Below, piece after piece: positions 1-10,424 of a DNA stretch of 64,000 nt. Location: positions 9,619-73,618 of the forward strand of contig JAGYJX010000013.1 of the NCBI GenBank assembly GCA_018401495.1, in the 5' to 3' direction. The notes under the pieces are model-generated. The model searched no databases and was not told the DNA's origin. It saw nothing but the letters and a program-made list of their open reading frames with translations. The position numbers were made by a program, and so were the translations under genes. Positions within the stretch are counted from its first letter, which is position 1, and every line of letters starts with the position of its first letter. Origin of the DNA: Rhodospirillaceae bacterium. Lineage in GTDB: Bacteria > Pseudomonadota > Alphaproteobacteria > Thalassobaculales > Thalassobaculaceae.

Positions 1-1064
1 TCAGCCGCGTCGGCGGCAGCGAGAACGCCTTCACCAGCTACGATTTCACGGCCTACTACCAGAACGTCGCCAAGGACCAGCTTCCGACGATGATGGAGTT
101 GGAGGCCGATCGGATGGCCAACCTGTCGATCTCGCGCGCCGATGTCGACGCCGAGCGCGAAGTGATCCTGGAGGAGCGCCGGTCCCGCACCGACAACAAC
201 CCGTCGTCGCAGTTCGGCGAGCAGGTGATCGCCGCGACCTATCTGTCCTATCCCTACCGGATCCCGGTGATCGGCTGGGAGAACGAGATGCGCCGGCTGT
301 CCTACGAGGACGCCATGGCGTTCTACGAGACCTGGTACGCCCCGAACAACGCCGTGCTGGTGGTCGCCGGCGACGTCACCGCCGAGGAGGTCAGGCGGCT
401 GGCCGAACGCACCTACGGCGTGATCGCGTCCCGGCCGGTGCCGGATCGAATTGCGTTGCGCGGCGAGGAGCCGCCGCAGTTGGCTGCCCGGCGGCTCGAG
501 ATGGACTCTCCCCGTGTCGATCAGCCGAGCTGGTCTCGGCGCTGGCTGGCGCCGGGCGTGGTGTGGGGCGATAGCGCGCAGGCGCCGGCGTTGGAAGTGC
601 TGTCCGAGATCCTCGGCGGCAGCGCGACCAGCCGGCTGTACCGGAGCCTGGTGGTCGAAAAAGGGTTGGCGGTGGCGGCCGGCGCCGGTTACTCGCCGGA
701 CGGTCTCGGTCCGCAGACCTTCATCGTCTACGCCAGCCCGCGCGACGGCGTCGACCTCGCCGCCCTCGAGGCGGCGCTCGAGGAGGAGATGGCCCGGCTG
801 CTCCGCGACGGCGTCACCGAGGACGAACTGGCCTCGGCGATCACCCGGATGAAGCGGCGGGCGGTGTTCGCGCGCGACGACATGCTGGCCCCGGCGCGCT
901 TGTTCGGCGAGGCCATGGCCGCCGGCCGTGGCGTTGCCGACATCGAGGAGTGGCCCGAGCGGATCGCCGCGGTCACCACCGAAGCGGTCCTGGAGGCGGC
1001 GCGCGCGGTGTTCGTGCCCGAGCGATCGGTGACCGCGGTCCTGCGGCCGAAGCCGGCGAGTTGA
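1..1064 (+). CDS. M16 family zinc peptidase (pitrilysin-like), 5' end outside window
   Basis: Frame is open from base 3 (SRVGGSENAFTSYDFTAYYQ), then EREVILEERR, PYRIPVIGW and YAPNNAVLVVAGD, all typical M16 motifs. Confidence 0.9.
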   Translation, partial: SRVGGSENAFTSYDFTAYYQNVAKDQLPTMMELEADRMANLSISRADVDAEREVILEERRSRTDNNPSSQFGEQVIAATYLSYPYRIPVIGWENEMRRLSYEDAMAFYETWYAPNNAVLVVAGDVTAEEVRRLAERTYGVIASRPVPDRIALRGEEPPQLAARRLEMDSPRVDQPSWSRRWLAPGVVWGDSAQAPALEVLSEILGGSATSRLYRSLVVEKGLAVAAGAGYSPDGLGPQTFIVYASPRDGVDLAALEAALEEEMARLLRDGVTEDELASAITRMKRRAVFARDDMLAPARLFGEAMAAGRGVADIEEWPERIAAVTTEAVLEAARAVFVPERSVTAVLRPKPAS

Positions 1065-1075
1065 GGAGCACGACG

Positions 1076-2434
1076 ATGCGCAGGGTTATCGCTCCCTTTG
1101 TCCTGTTCCTCGCGCTGGTGGCGTGGGCTCCGACGGCCCGGTCTCTCGAGATCCAGGAAGTCGTCAGCCCCGGCGGCGTGAAGGCCTGGCTGGTCGAGGA
1201 TCGAAGCAACCCGATCCTGACGTTGTCCTTCTCGTTCGCCGGCGGCGAGTCCTCTGACCCGGTCGGCAAGGAGGGCAGGGCGCGGTTGGTCTCCGGCCTG
1301 CTCGACGAGGGCGCCGGCGACCTGGATTCCACAGCCTTCCAGAAGGCGCTGACCGAGGATTCCATTTCGCTCAGCTTCAACTCGAGGATCGACCGGTTCT
1401 CGGGCAAGCTGGTGACCCTGACCGAGACCCGCGAGCGGGCGATCGACCTGCTGCGCTCGGCCCTGACCGAGCCGCGGTTCGATCCCGAGCCGGTGGAACG
1501 GATACGCGCCCAGATCCAGGCTTCCCTGCGCAGCAACCTGCAGAACCCCCGCGGCATCGCCAGCCGGGTGTGGTGGGCGGTCAGCTTTCCCGACCACCCC
1601 TACGGACGGTCCGGGGACGGCACGCCCGACAGCGTGGCGGCGGTGACGGTGGAGGACCTGCGGGAGTTCGTCACCTCGACGTTCGCCCTCGACCGGCTGG
1701 TGGTCTCGGCCGTCGGCGACATCGATGCCGCGGGGCTGGCGACAGTGCTGGACCGGGTGTTCGGCGACCTGCCGGCGACCGGCTCGGCGGCTCCGGCGGA
1801 CGACACCGCGCCCGGCGCCGAGGGTCAGACCTTCGTGGTCGAGCAGGACATCCCGCAGTCGGTGGTGGTGGTCGGTCACGCCGGCATCGCCCGTGACGAT
1901 CCCGACTGGTACGTAGCCTCGCTGCTCAACGAGATCATGGCCGGCGGGTTCGGTTCGCGCCTGACCGCCGAGATCCGGGAGAAGCGCGGGCTGGTCTACG
2001 GCGTCTACGCCTACCTGCTGCCGGTCGACCACGCGCCGCTGATCATGGGCGGGCTAGCCACCCAGAACGCCCGGGTCGCCGAATCGATCCGCATCCTGCG
2101 CCAGGAGTGGGGGCGCATGGCTGAAGAGGGGCCGACCGAAGCCGAACTGGCCGATGCCCGCACCTATCTGACGGGCTCGTTCCCGTTGCGCCTGGTCGAC
2201 TCCGACGGAACCGTGTCGGTGCTCATGGGATTACAGGAGAGCGACCTGCCGATCGACTATCTCGACCGACGCGACGCCTTGTACGCGGCGGTCACGCTGG
2301 ACGACATGAAGCGGGTCGCGCGCCGGCTCTACCGCCCCGACCAGTTGACCGTGGTCGTCGTCGGCATGCCCGAAGGCGTGACCGCGACCGCCCCGGTACC
2401 GTCGATCCCGGGGGTTCCTGCCCGAGGCGGATGA
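1076..2434 (+). CDS. M16 family peptidase, non-catalytic partner subunit with signal peptide
   Basis: GAGGAG RBS then ATG 1076; hydrophobic N-terminus; IQEVVSPGGVKAWLVED; no HxxEH (SGLLDEG instead); C-terminal EIREKRGLVYG R/Y pair. Confidence 0.88.
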   Translation: MRRVIAPFVLFLALVAWAPTARSLEIQEVVSPGGVKAWLVEDRSNPILTLSFSFAGGESSDPVGKEGRARLVSGLLDEGAGDLDSTAFQKALTEDSISLSFNSRIDRFSGKLVTLTETRERAIDLLRSALTEPRFDPEPVERIRAQIQASLRSNLQNPRGIASRVWWAVSFPDHPYGRSGDGTPDSVAAVTVEDLREFVTSTFALDRLVVSAVGDIDAAGLATVLDRVFGDLPATGSAAPADDTAPGAEGQTFVVEQDIPQSVVVVGHAGIARDDPDWYVASLLNEIMAGGFGSRLTAEIREKRGLVYGVYAYLLPVDHAPLIMGGLATQNARVAESIRILRQEWGRMAEEGPTEAELADARTYLTGSFPLRLVDSDGTVSVLMGLQESDLPIDYLDRRDALYAAVTLDDMKRVARRLYRPDQLTVVVVGMPEGVTATAPVPSIPGVPARGG

Positions 2435-2479
2435 CGCCGGCGCGCCCCATATGGTAGAGATGGCGTTGGAGGCCACCGG

Positions 2480-3803
2480 ATGTTGATGGAAGCCCCGTTC
2501 ACGCAGGATATTGCCGGTGTCTTTTCCGACACCGTCGGAACCGCCGGGCTCGACCATGTCGCGTTCCGTGACCTGCTGCCGCGTGCCGGCGCCTCGCTCG
2601 ACCTGCTGGCCAAGCGCAAGGCCTCCGGCGATATGCCGCTGCTCGCGCTGCCCGGCCGGCACGACGACATCGCCGCCTGGCAGCCGATTGTCGACCGCTA
2701 CCGCTCGCAGTTCGACGACGTGGTGGTGCTCGGCATCGGCGGCTCGTCGCTGGGCGGCGCAACCCTGTGCCGGCTGGGCGACGCCGGCTTCGGGCCGCAG
2801 CCGGGCTCGCCCAGGGTGTGGTTCCTGGACAACATCGATCCGTGGACCTTCGAGGCCGCTGATGTCGCGCCTCGACCTCAGCCGCACAGGGTTCCTGTCG
2901 ATCTCCAAGTCGGGCGGCACCGCCGAGACCCTGGCGCAGACCCTCGCCGTGCTCGACCGGCTGAGCGAGCGCCTCGGACCGGACGACCTCGCGACCCGAA
3001 TGACCTGCATCGCCGAGCAGACCGACAACCCGTTGCGGGCGGTCGCCGGGCATTACGGCCTGTTCTGCCTGGACCACGATCCGAACATCGGCGGTCGCTA
3101 CTCGGCGTTGTCGGTGACCGGCCTGCTGCCGGCGGCCATCGCCGGGGTCGATGTGGCGGCGGTCCGGCGCGGCGCCGGGGCTGTCCTCGACGCGGCGCTC
3201 ACCGCCGAGCGGCCCGAGGATTCGGCGCCGGCGGCGGGGGCGGTGGTGAACGTCGGGCTGGCGACCGGCCAGGGCATCAACCAGACCGTCATCATGCCCT
3301 ACATCGATCGCCTGGACCGGTTCGGCGCCTGGTACCGGCAGCTCTGGGCGGAGAGCCTCGGCAAGGACGGCCACGGCACCACCCCGATCGGCGCCATGGG
3401 CGCGGTCGACCAGCACAGCCAGCTTCAGCTCTATCTCGGCGGACCCCGCGACAAGCTGTTCACCCTGATCCTGGCCGATCCGGCCGGACTGGGCCCGGTT
3501 GCCGGCCCGCAGGGCGCCGGTCCCGCCGCCGAGGCGCTCGACTACCTGATGGGGCGCAGCCTCGGCGATCTGATGGCGGCCGAGCAGCGGGCCACCGCCG
3601 AAACCCTGATTCGCAACGGCTGCCCGACCCGGATACTCCGGTTTCCCACCCTCAACGAGGAGGTGATGGGCGGCCTGATGATGCATTTCATCCTCGAGAC
3701 CATCATCGCGGCCGACCTCCTCGGCGTCGATCCGTTCGACCAGCCGTCGGTCGAGGAGGGCAAGGTGCTGGCCCGGCAATACCTCGCCGAGGCGGCTGGA
3801 TGA
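2480..3803 (+). CDS. pgi: glucose-6-phosphate isomerase (one frameshift near 2855)
   Basis: [10 protein letters not shown] and FLDNIDP in one frame; [31 protein letters not shown] and [11 protein letters not shown] in the next. Confidence 0.92.
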
Positions 3804-5664
3804 CGCTGGAGCGCCCGGCCGAGTCGCTTCGCCACGCCGTCCGGCGGCTTCCGGAGACCCTGGTCAACCGGATCGCCGCCGGCGAGGTGGTGGAGCGGCC
3901 GGCGAGCGCGCTCAAGGAACTGGTCGAGAACGCGCTCGACGCCGGCGCCCGCCGGATCGACGTTGTGCTGCGCGACGGCGGCCGCACGCTGATCCAGGTG
4001 ACCGACGACGGCTGGGGCATGGACCCGGACACGCTGTCCCTCGCCATTGAGCGCCACGCCACCTCCAAGCTGCCCGGCGATGACCTGACCCGCATCGCCA
4101 CCCTCGGCTTCCGCGGCGAGGCTCTGCCGTCGATCGGCGCGGTGAGCCGGCTGGCGATCCCCAGCCGCACGCCCGGGTCCGCTTCGGCGTGGCGCATCCG
4201 GGTCGAGGGCGGCGCCGTCGGCGCGCCCGAGCCGGCGGCGTTGTCGGCCGGCACCCGGGTCGAGGTGCGCGACCTGTTCTACGCCACCCCGGCGCGCCTG
4301 AAGTTCCTCGAAGGTCCCGCGCACCGAGCAGGCCCACGCGGTGGAGATCCTGCAGCGCCTGGCGATGGCGGCTCCGGCGGTCGGCTTCACCCTGTCCGAC
4401 GGCGCCCGCACCGTGCTGTCCCTGGAGGCGGCGCAGGGCGAGCTGTTCGAGGCCCGGCTGGCCCGGCTCGGCGCGGTGCTGGGCCGCGATTTCGCGGCCG
4501 ACGCGCTGATCATCGACGCCGAGCGCCAGGGCCACCGCCTGACCGGCTACGCCGGGCTGCCGACCCTGCACCGCCGCACCAGCGCCCACCAGTACCTGTT
4601 CGTGAACGGCCGCCCGGTGCGCGACAAGCTGCTGCTGGGCGCGGTGCGCGGCGCCTACATGGACTTCGTGGCGTCGGACCGCCACCCGATGCTGGCGCTG
4701 TTCCTGGAACTGCCGGCCGACGAGGTCGACGTCAACGTGCACCCGGCCAAGACCGAAGTCCGGTTCCGCGACGCCGGTCTGGTGCGCGGGCTGATCGTCG
4801 GCGCGCTGAAGCACGCGCTCGCCGCCGCCGGCCACCGCGCCTCGGCGTCGGTCGGTGTCGCCGCGCTCGGATCGTTCCGGCCCGACGGGTTGCGGCCGCA
4901 CAGCGGTGCCGCCAGCGCGGTCCTGGGGCGCGCCGCGCTGGACCCCGGCGCCGTCGGCCGGCCTGGCCGAGGCGCAGGCGTCCTGGCAGGCGCCGATGCC
5001 GGCACCGGATCGGACCCTGGACCTCGGCGCGGCCCCGTCGGCGCGGGTGATCGACGGCGACACCGTCGACCCGGCGACCCAGCGCCACCCGCTCGGCGCC
5101 GTCCGCGCCCAGATCCACGCCACCTACATCGTCGCCCAGACCGAGGACGGGCTGGTCATCGTCGACCAGCACGCCGCCCACGAGCGGCTGGTGTACGAGC
5201 GCATGAAGGAGGCGCTGGCGGCTGGCGGCGTCGCCCGCCAGGCGCTGTTGCTGCCCGAGGTGGTCGAGCTGGAGGAGGCGGCGGTCGACCGCCTCGTGCA
5301 GCGCGCCGCCGAGCTGGCCGAGCTCGGCCTGGTGCTCGAGCCGTTCGGCCAGGGCGCGGTGGTGGTGCGCGAGGTGCCGGCCCTGCTCGGCCGGACCGAT
5401 GCCGCCGCCCTGGTCCGCGACCTCGCCGACGATCTGGCGGAGGTCGGCGAGGTGCATTCCCTGACCGACCGCCTGGCCGACATCTGCGGCACCATGGCCT
5501 GCCACGGCTCGGTGCGGGCCGGACGCCGGCTCGGCGCCGACGAGATGAACGCCCTGCTGCGCCAGATGGAGGCGACCCCGCATTCCGGCCAGTGCAACCA
5601 CGGCCGCCCGACCTATGTCGAACTGAAGCTGGCCGACATCGAGCGGCTGTTCGGCCGACGGTAG
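3800..5664 (+). CDS. mutL: DNA mismatch repair protein MutL (frameshifts near 4310 and 4950)
   Basis: [48 protein letters not shown] and CNHGRPT spread over three frames; ATGA overlap with the pgi stop. Confidence 0.95.
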
Positions 5665-5710
5665 CCTGTCGTTCCCGGCAGCCTCCGGCCCCGCCGACGG
5701 AGCGGTGGGT

Positions 5711-5860
5711 GGGTCCCGGCTCGCGCTGCGCTTGGCCGGGATGACGACAGTGTGGGAAGGCCCGTGCATTGACCTCATCGGGTCAGCGATCGGCCCCTCT
5801 CCCTTCGTCATTTCTCATTTTTGTCGTCACCCCGGCCAAGCGCAGCGCGAGCCGGGGGCC
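5711..5860. repeat. pair of inverted ~39-bp CGTC-type REP-like palindromes
   Basis: 5711-5749 gggtcccggctcgcgctgcgcttggccgggatgacgaca is the near-perfect reverse complement of 5822-5860. Confidence 0.85.
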
Positions 5861-5939
5861 ACCGAGCGACGGCGGCTCGCCGATGCGCTCCGGGCGGACA
5901 GGCCGTGACGCCCGCGGCGGTCTGACGTAGAACCACCTT

Positions 5940-6848
5940 ATGAACGGCGCCAGCGACATTCGCGATGGGGATTGGGTCGACCGGCTGTTGCCGGGCGGGT
6001 GGCGGCCCTACGCCCGGCTGGCCCGGCTCGACCGGCCGATCGGCACCTGGCTGCTGTTCCTGCCGTGCCTGTGGGGACTGGGGCTCGGCTGGCAGGCGGC
6101 TCGGCCGCCGGTCGAGGAGATGCTCCGGCTGGTGGTGCTGTTCGGGATCGGCGCCATCGTGATGCGCGGTGCCGGCTGCACGGTCAACGACCTGATGGAC
6201 CGCGACCTCGACCGCCGGGTCGCCCGCACCGCAACGCGGCCGATCGCCAGCGGCGAGGTGACGCCGCGTCGGGCGCTGGTGTTCCTGGCGGCGCAACTCG
6301 CGGTCGGGCTGGCCATCCTGCTGCAGCTCAACCAGTTCTCCTGGGCGCTCGGCACCGCCGTCCTGGTCCTGGTGTTCAGCTATCCACTCGCCAAGCGGGT
6401 CACCGACTGGCCGCAGGCGGTGCTCGGGCTGACCTTCAACTGGGGGGCTCTGCTCGGCTTCGCGGCGGTCACCGGCACGCTGGCGCCGGCGGCGGCGATC
6501 GCCTACGCAGCCGGCTTCTTCTGGACGCTCGGCTACGACACGGTCTACGCGCACCAGGACCGCGAGGACGACGCCATTGTCGGGGTTCGATCGTCGGCGC
6601 TGGCGCTGGGGCCCCGCACCCGTCCCGCGCTGGTCGCCTTCTACGCCGTCACGGTCGCGCTGCTGGCGGCCGCGACCTGGACCGCCGGCCTCGGACCGTG
6701 GACCTATGCCGGGCTGGCGGCGCTGGCGGTGCATCTCGGCTGGCAGGTCGCCACCGTCGACATCGACGACCCCAAGCACTGTCTCGCGGTGTTCCGGTCG
6801 AACCGCGACGCCGGACTGATCGTCGCCCTCGCCATCGTGCTCGGCTGA
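5940..6848 (+). CDS. ubiA: 4-hydroxybenzoate polyprenyltransferase
   Basis: RLARLDRPIGTWLL, GCTVNDLMDRDLD, RPIASG and YDTVYAHQDREDD; multiple TM helices. Confidence 0.95.
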   Translation: MNGASDIRDGDWVDRLLPGGWRPYARLARLDRPIGTWLLFLPCLWGLGLGWQAARPPVEEMLRLVVLFGIGAIVMRGAGCTVNDLMDRDLDRRVARTATRPIASGEVTPRRALVFLAAQLAVGLAILLQLNQFSWALGTAVLVLVFSYPLAKRVTDWPQAVLGLTFNWGALLGFAAVTGTLAPAAAIAYAAGFFWTLGYDTVYAHQDREDDAIVGVRSSALALGPRTRPALVAFYAVTVALLAAATWTAGLGPWTYAGLAALAVHLGWQVATVDIDDPKHCLAVFRSNRDAGLIVALAIVLG

Positions 6849-7531
6849 TGCGCGATCCGGAGGCCTTCATCCGGGACAACACCGCGCTGAAATCGCCGTC
6901 GCTGGTCCCGGAGATCCGGTTGCACCTCGCCGACGCCGCGCTGGCCCTGTGGGAGAAGACCGAGGAGGAGTTGGAGGCGGTCGGCCTGCCGCCACCATAC
7001 TGGGCGTTCGCCTGGGCCGGCGGCCAGGCGCTCGCCCGCCACATCATCGACCGGCCGGAGCTGGTGGCTGGCCGGCGGGTGCTGGACGTGGCGTCCGGCA
7101 GCGGCGTGGTGGCGATGGCCTGCCTGTGGGCATCGGCGGCCCACGTTGCCGCCAACGAGATCGACAGCTTCGCGTTGACCGCCATCCGCCTGAACGCCGA
7201 GGCCAACGGGATGGCCGCCGGGCTGGAACTCGTCGGACGCGACATGCTGGACGAGCCGGCGCTGGCCGAGGACGGCGGGCCGCTGTGGGACGTGGTCCTG
7301 GCCGGCGACGTCTGCTACGAGCGGCCGATGGCGGAGCGGATGACGGCCTGGTTGCGCCGGCACGCCGCCGCCGGCGCGCTGGTGCTGATGGGCGATCCCG
7401 GCCGCAGCTACCGGCCCTCGGACGGCCTCGAGCAGCTGGCGGAGTATCTGGTGCCGACGCCGCGTGACCTCGAGGACAGCGACGTCCGCCGCACCGTGGT
7501 CTGGCGTGTGCTGCCGTTCACGGGGCATTGA
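6848..7531 (+). CDS. class I SAM-dependent protein lysine methyltransferase (METTL20/ETF-beta KMT-like)
   Basis: TGATG overlap with ubiA; PPPYWAFAWAGGQALAR, VLDVASGSG, AGDVCYE, GDPGRSY. Confidence 0.85.
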   Translation: MRDPEAFIRDNTALKSPSLVPEIRLHLADAALALWEKTEEELEAVGLPPPYWAFAWAGGQALARHIIDRPELVAGRRVLDVASGSGVVAMACLWASAAHVAANEIDSFALTAIRLNAEANGMAAGLELVGRDMLDEPALAEDGGPLWDVVLAGDVCYERPMAERMTAWLRRHAAAGALVLMGDPGRSYRPSDGLEQLAEYLVPTPRDLEDSDVRRTVVWRVLPFTGH

Positions 7532-7609
7532 TCGAAAGCGACCATCCGAATTCCTTTCGATGTCGTATCCTTCCAGGCGATCCCGGAATTGGTTTGGCAG
7601 GAGGTCGGC

Positions 7610-8092
7610 ATGCGCAAGGCAAAGATCCTGGACCGTCGGGTGTTCCGCGAGGGACAGGTGATCTTCCGGGAAGGCGAGCAGGCGTGGGCGGCGTTCCTGA
7701 TCGAGAAGGGTGCTGTCGATATTCTCAAGAACGCCGAAGGCGGGGCTCCGACCTGGCTGGCGATCATCAGAACCGGCGATCTGTTCGGTGAAATGGGACT
7801 TCTGGATGGTGCGCCGCGCAGCGCCACCGCCCGCGCCGCCGAACTGACGGTGGTGCAGGTCATCAACGAGCGCGAGTTCCACCGGCTGCTGACCACCGCC
7901 GAGCCCGGGCTCGTGGCGCTGCTCAAGGTGGTCCTGCGGCGGTTGCGGGCAACCAACGACGCCCTGGTCGATCAACTCGGGGATGACTATCTGGCCAAGG
8001 TCTCGGCGCCGTGTGCGTCGACCATGCCTGGGCAGGGCGATCGATCGGCGGTCTCGGCCAGCGAGCCCACCAGGGCGTCGCGACCGTCCTGA
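7610..8092 (+). CDS. stand-alone cyclic-nucleotide-binding domain protein (true stop may be at 7986)
   Basis: GGAGG RBS; IFREGE and GDLFGEMGLLDGAPRSATARA phosphate-binding cassette; no HTH. Confidence 0.85.
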   Translation: MRKAKILDRRVFREGQVIFREGEQAWAAFLIEKGAVDILKNAEGGAPTWLAIIRTGDLFGEMGLLDGAPRSATARAAELTVVQVINEREFHRLLTTAEPGLVALLKVVLRRLRATNDALVDQLGDDYLAKVSAPCASTMPGQGDRSAVSASEPTRASRPS

Positions 8093-8784
8093 CCCGGAGT
8101 CCCGATCAGCGCGGCGATCCAGTCCTCGAAGCGATCGCCGCCATGCGCGGCGTGCAGCCGCCGCAGCACCTGCTCCTGACTCATCGCCTGGTGCCGTCGC
8201 GCCTCGGCCGGCACGGCGGAGAGCGCTATCGGTCCTCCATCGAGCCGCAGCAGGCCCCGCCGCGCGGCGTACAGCAGCGCCCGGGCGGGCGCCCGCGGCC
8301 CGGGTGTTTCCCAGGTCATTGCGACGGTGACCCGATCGTAATTCACGCCGACCGCTTCGGTGGCGTCCATCCTGGTGAGCGCGCCCTCGTCCAGCCAGGT
8401 GATCCAGAGTTCGACGGTGGTCCCGGGCGAGGCGGCGAGGGTGGCCGGAATCGCCCCGTACCCAGCGATGTGGGCGGCGTGCACCACGTCGACGTCGCGG
8501 GCCCGCAGACGGGTGACCGGCACCGCCACCTCCAGCCCCGCGAATTTGCGGGCAAGTTGCGTCGGCGACCGGTTGGAGCCGACCGCGATCACCGGCGTCA
8601 ATCCGCCGAGGCGGGCGTCCGGATGAAGCGGGACCGCCCGTCCGTCGCGGAACAGGAAGTCGCCATCATGGGCGGAGTAGGGATAGTCGAGGGCGCGAGC
8701 GAGGGCGTCCCCGGCCCCCGGCGATCCTGATCCGTCCGCTGTCGAGTCCGCCGGTAGTCGCGGCGCTCCGATCCCCTTGCCCAT
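7987..8784 (-). CDS. hypothetical protein, possibly gamma-glutamylcyclotransferase-like fold
   Basis: 265-aa ORF with protein-like composition; AVGSNRSP and TRMDATE motifs. Confidence 0.65.
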   Translation of the reverse strand: MGKGIGAPRLPADSTADGSGSPGAGDALARALDYPYSAHDGDFLFRDGRAVPLHPDARLGGLTPVIAVGSNRSPTQLARKFAGLEVAVPVTRLRARDVDVVHAAHIAGYGAIPATLAASPGTTVELWITWLDEGALTRMDATEAVGVNYDRVTVAMTWETPGPRAPARALLYAARRGLLRLDGGPIALSAVPAEARRHQAMSQEQVLRRLHAAHGGDRFEDWIAALIGTPGQDGRDALVGSLAETADRSPCPGMVDAHGAETLAR

Positions 8785-8913
8785 GCCTCTTGCCCTCGCG
8801 ACGCCTCTGTTCCGACTAATTCGTACGACACGATCAACATGCGTGGTTGCGGGGGATCATTCTGTCCCTGTAAGTGATGCGTTGTACGCTTTCGTTGCGC
8901 GAAGGCTCCCCGG

Positions 8914-9438
8914 ATGACCACTGACCATCCCAGCGTGAAGCGGGCGACTGAGCTTCTCGCGGAAGCTCAGACCGACGGCATCCGCGAGATCCTCACCAAC
9001 TGGCTGGCGATCCATCCGTGTGCCCGGCTTCCGGGACGGCAGCATTTCGATCCTGTCGGAATCCCTCGCCTGCTCAAGGGCATCGTTCTCACCGACGTCG
9101 AGCGCAACCCCTACCGGTTCAAGGTGCGCGTCCTCGGCACCGTGGTCGCCGACGCCTTCGGGCGCGACTTCACGGGCAAATACATGGACGAGGTCTTCGA
9201 GAACCACGAGGCATCGCTCAGCCACTCGCTGCGGGTCCTGACCGTCGAAACCGGGCTGCCGCACTTGCGCGCATCCGGGCCCGGGACCTTCAAGGGCTTG
9301 GACATCGCCCCGCGCGAGGGTGTCCACCTGCCCTTGGCGACCGACGGCGAAACCGTCGACCACGTGCTGAGCATGTTCGTCTATCTCCCGGGAGCATCGC
9401 TCGACGTCGACGGCGTCTGGTTCCTCGTCAACCGGTGA
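8914..9438 (+). CDS. stand-alone PAS-domain protein (PAS_5/DUF1457-like)
   Basis: LPGRQHFDP, RFKVRVLGT, GRDFTGKYMDE and LPLATDGETVD pattern. Confidence 0.8.
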   Translation: MTTDHPSVKRATELLAEAQTDGIREILTNWLAIHPCARLPGRQHFDPVGIPRLLKGIVLTDVERNPYRFKVRVLGTVVADAFGRDFTGKYMDEVFENHEASLSHSLRVLTVETGLPHLRASGPGTFKGLDIAPREGVHLPLATDGETVDHVLSMFVYLPGASLDVDGVWFLVNR

Positions 9439-9546
9439 CCAGCGGCGGATTCGCCCGCCGGCACGACTGAGTTGCCGGCGACCGGTGCAGTCGGCGTGGT
9501 CGCCACGCCTAAGATGGCCGCGTTGCAGCGTCGATGGAGGATAGTG

Positions 9547-10422
9547 ATGTTCGAAGGCTTTGACACGCGGCGGATCTCGGTGGACGGCGTCGACCTGCAT
9601 CTGCGGGTTGGCGGCGAGGGACCGCCGGTGCTGCTGCTGCACGGCTTCCCGCAGACCCATCTGGCCTGGCATCGGGTTGCCCCGGTGCTGGCGGAACGGT
9701 TCACCGTCGTGGTCCCGGACTTGCCGGGCTACGGCGCCTCGCGGCTGGCGACGCCGACCACCGAGGCTATGGCCAAGCGGCCGGTGGCGCGGCTGATGGT
9801 CGGCCTGATGGCGGCGCTCGGCCACGATCGCTTCGGCCTCGCCGGCCACGACCGGGGCGGCCGCATCGGCTACCGCCTCGCCCTCGACCACCCCGGCCGG
9901 CTGACCCGCTTCGCCCCGGTCGACATCCTGCCGACCGTGGTGATGTGGGAGGCGATGAACTGGCAGGCCGCGCTCAACTCCTATCATTGGCTGCTGCTGG
10001 CGCAACCGGCGCCGCTGCCGGAGACGCTGGTCGGCGCCGACGGCCCGGGCTACGTGCGTCACCTGATCGACCGTTGGGCGGCGCACCGGGACCGGCTCGA
10101 TCCGGCGGCGGTCGAGGCCTACGCCAAGGCGTTCGCCGACCCGGCGGTGGTGGCGGCGGCCTGCGCCGACTACCGCGCCGGCGCCACCCTCGATGTCGAG
10201 CACGACCGCGCCGACCGCGAGGCCGGGCGCCGGATCGACTGCCCGGTCCTCCTGGTCTGGGCGCGGCGCTACCTGAAGGAGCGCACGCGTCCACATCTGG
10301 ACGTCTGGCGCGAGTGGGCGGAGGATGTCCGCGAGGTATCGCTCGACTGCGGTCATTTCATCGCCGAAGAGGCGGCGGAGGACTGCGCCGGCGCCCTGAC
10401 TTCCTTCTTCTCCGGGGAATAG
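9547..10422 (+). CDS. alpha/beta hydrolase, haloacetate (fluoroacetate) dehalogenase family
   Basis: GGAGG RBS; HGFPQTH, GHDRGGR, DILPT, YHW, DYRA, CGHF. Confidence 0.85.
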   Translation: MFEGFDTRRISVDGVDLHLRVGGEGPPVLLLHGFPQTHLAWHRVAPVLAERFTVVVPDLPGYGASRLATPTTEAMAKRPVARLMVGLMAALGHDRFGLAGHDRGGRIGYRLALDHPGRLTRFAPVDILPTVVMWEAMNWQAALNSYHWLLLAQPAPLPETLVGADGPGYVRHLIDRWAAHRDRLDPAAVEAYAKAFADPAVVAAACADYRAGATLDVEHDRADREAGRRIDCPVLLVWARRYLKERTRPHLDVWREWAEDVREVSLDCGHFIAEEAAEDCAGALTSFFSGE

Positions 10423-10424
10423 CC

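Noticed and set aside
2480-5050. 856-aa apparent Pgi-MutL fusion, and similar chimeric ORFs (50398-52854, 46449-48008, 5972-7531)
   Set aside because: These arise from frameshifts or stop-poor GC-rich frames joining separate genes; the linking segments are Arg/Pro/Gly-rich off-frame translation.
7987-8092. 106-bp convergent overlap of the cNMP gene and the hypothetical gene
   Set aside because: One extra G in the run at 7979-7982 would stop the cNMP gene at TGA 7984-7986, flush with the other stop, so this is probably another indel error.
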